64,000 nucleotides of DNA from Euglena gracilis (Eukaryota), in assembly GCA_039621445.1 (NCBI GenBank), contig CP154954.1, positions 16,386,140 to 16,450,139 on the forward strand, read 5' to 3'. How positions within the stretch are numbered: position 1 is the first letter of the stretch; the number at the start of each line of letters is the position of its first letter. The translations under genes were made by a program, and so were the position numbers. Shown piece by piece: positions 62,295 through 64,000 of this stretch. The notes under the pieces were generated by a model. The model saw only the letters and a program-made list of their open reading frames with translations, searched no databases and was not told where the DNA came from.

Positions 62295-64000
62295 CACCAG
62301 GGTGCGTCCACCTCCCCCATTTCTGGTATGCTGTGACAGACTGCCTGTCATGTGGTCTGGGAGCAGTCCGGGCCACCCAAGTCAGGGGGGGGGGGGAGGC
62401 CTGACCTTGGGGGGATGGCCCTATGGCCTGGGGGCGGTCCGGGCCGCTTCGGAGCTGCAGCCACAGGTCAGACTTGCTGGGGAGCTGCTGCATGAGGCTG
62501 AACGGCGCGGCCATACGGCTTGGGGGGGGGGGCACGGAACGCTGGAGAACCCTGGTGGAGGTGGGAAGGGTGGCAGGAAGGCGTAGATTGGATTGAGACG
62601 TCTGGACCTTCGGATGATCAGAGGTTGGGGGCAGATCGCCTCCAACCGGGTGGACTGCATTGCAACACGTTTCAAAAATGTTTAGTATTGTTGAAAATTC
62701 AAAATGAAATTTAATGGGGGGACTAAGATATGTTTCCCATTATCGATGCATGCCGCGTTGGTTGCTGAAAGAACAGCCGTCAAACTATATGAATGCAGTT
62801 TTCTTCCATCATGTTAATCCTTTGGTTTTTTTAATTGCGGCCACCAGATCACCGAAATGTTCCTACCTAGACTTCCCCCCCATCCAGGGGGTTTGAGTAT
62901 GTGTCCCGCCAAAAGTTTCACAGCAAAGGAGAGTCTCCAAGGGTGGGGGGCACCCCCCAAGAGGCATGGGGGTGGTGGGTCCTTGAGAGTGGGTGGGCGG
63001 TGGGCGGGGTTGGGCTGCTGGACCAACCGGGCGTTGATAGTGCTGTATTTTCTTCAGAAGTAGCTCTGGATGGGTGTTCGTAAAGACACATAATCACTGG
63101 GGGGGGGGGGCTGTGCTCCCCGTTCCTTGGGCCTCCTGTTGTGGGATTTGTGGTGCGTGGTGTGATGGATGACGTCGCTGATCGTCATTCTTTCGGCCAG
63201 GGCTCCCTCACCTGCTTGGTCCCCCACCAGATGCACAACGCGACGATGAAGCCCACACGCATCGCTTCGTCATGTACCGCATTGCGCGTGCACGACGGAC
63301 GTCAACTTGCCACGAAGAGGCAAGAACGGGCAAGAGGCCTCTGTCTGCACTGGCAACCGTTGGGGGTTCTTGGGTACGCAATCCACAGGACCCCCCAAAG
63401 ATGCGAAATCACAGGTTGGACTAAGATTGGTCATTCTTGGCATCCCTTTGTGGGTCTCTAGAAAATTTTCTGTGACTGAGAACTACATCTGAATGGTGGC
63501 GTCACGTACAGCATTGCCAACCGTTGCCAGACAAGAACAGGCTCAGATGAAATAGTTATGGTTTTCCTTGGTATATGAAGCGGGGTTGAGGGAGGACAGC
63601 GAAGACCCGCTTTGGCTTAGACGGGGGCAGCCACCGCAAACGCAAAGACCCCCTGCTCGTTGGATCGGAAACCAAGCAAGAACCCTTCAAAAATCACTGA
63701 ACCAGGCTTAAAATTCCCTTGAGTGCGATTCTGCGTCGTTTTTTATTTTGGGTCAAAAACCGTGAATTTTCTCTTGCAGAAAAAAAACACAGTTGGTGTC
63801 AGCTCCTACCCCCACCCTCCCCATCTTCCAGGGCGGGGGAGGGTTCAACAAGGCGTTCCCGTACAGCCCTGCCTCCGCGTTTTGGTACAAATTGCCAGTT
63901 TTCCCCCACTCATCGCATCGGAATTGATCCAAAACGAAAGCAAAAGGCATGGCTTTCCACTTTCGAAAGCCACTCAATCGATTTTGGAAAAGGGGGTTGG

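Overview
Repeat-dense eukaryotic DNA, probably from a protist (GC-rich exons, GT/GC-AG introns, homopolymer-rich intergenic DNA; a euglenid-like host is only my guess). I found no convincing intact housekeeping gene, RNA gene or CRISPR array. Contents: a ~2.4 kb tandem array (1-6002), many hAT- and Tc1/mariner-type MITEs with visible target-site duplications, a rearranged Tc1 element, retroelement fragments and (TC)n-associated elements. The main result is two adjacent, related large DNA-transposon-like elements: E1 (33941-42587, 26-bp TIRs) and E2 (from 42825 to about 53330). Each encodes a spliced DDE-like transposase followed by a multi-exon protein with a ParB/Srx-like N-terminal domain and a degenerate methyltransferase-like C-terminal region. 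Each element is marked along its whole length, including most introns, with its own CG-containing palindrome: E1 TTTGCGCANNTGCGCGCA (about 16 copies) and E2 GAAGCGG-N4-CCGCTTC (21 copies). Two further transposase fragments (11204-13555, 57456-58364) lie next to E1-type palindromes. This suggests a ParB/parS-like or self-recognition system inside a eukaryotic transposon. All copies here have stops or frameshifts. Domain calls were made by eye, not by database search.
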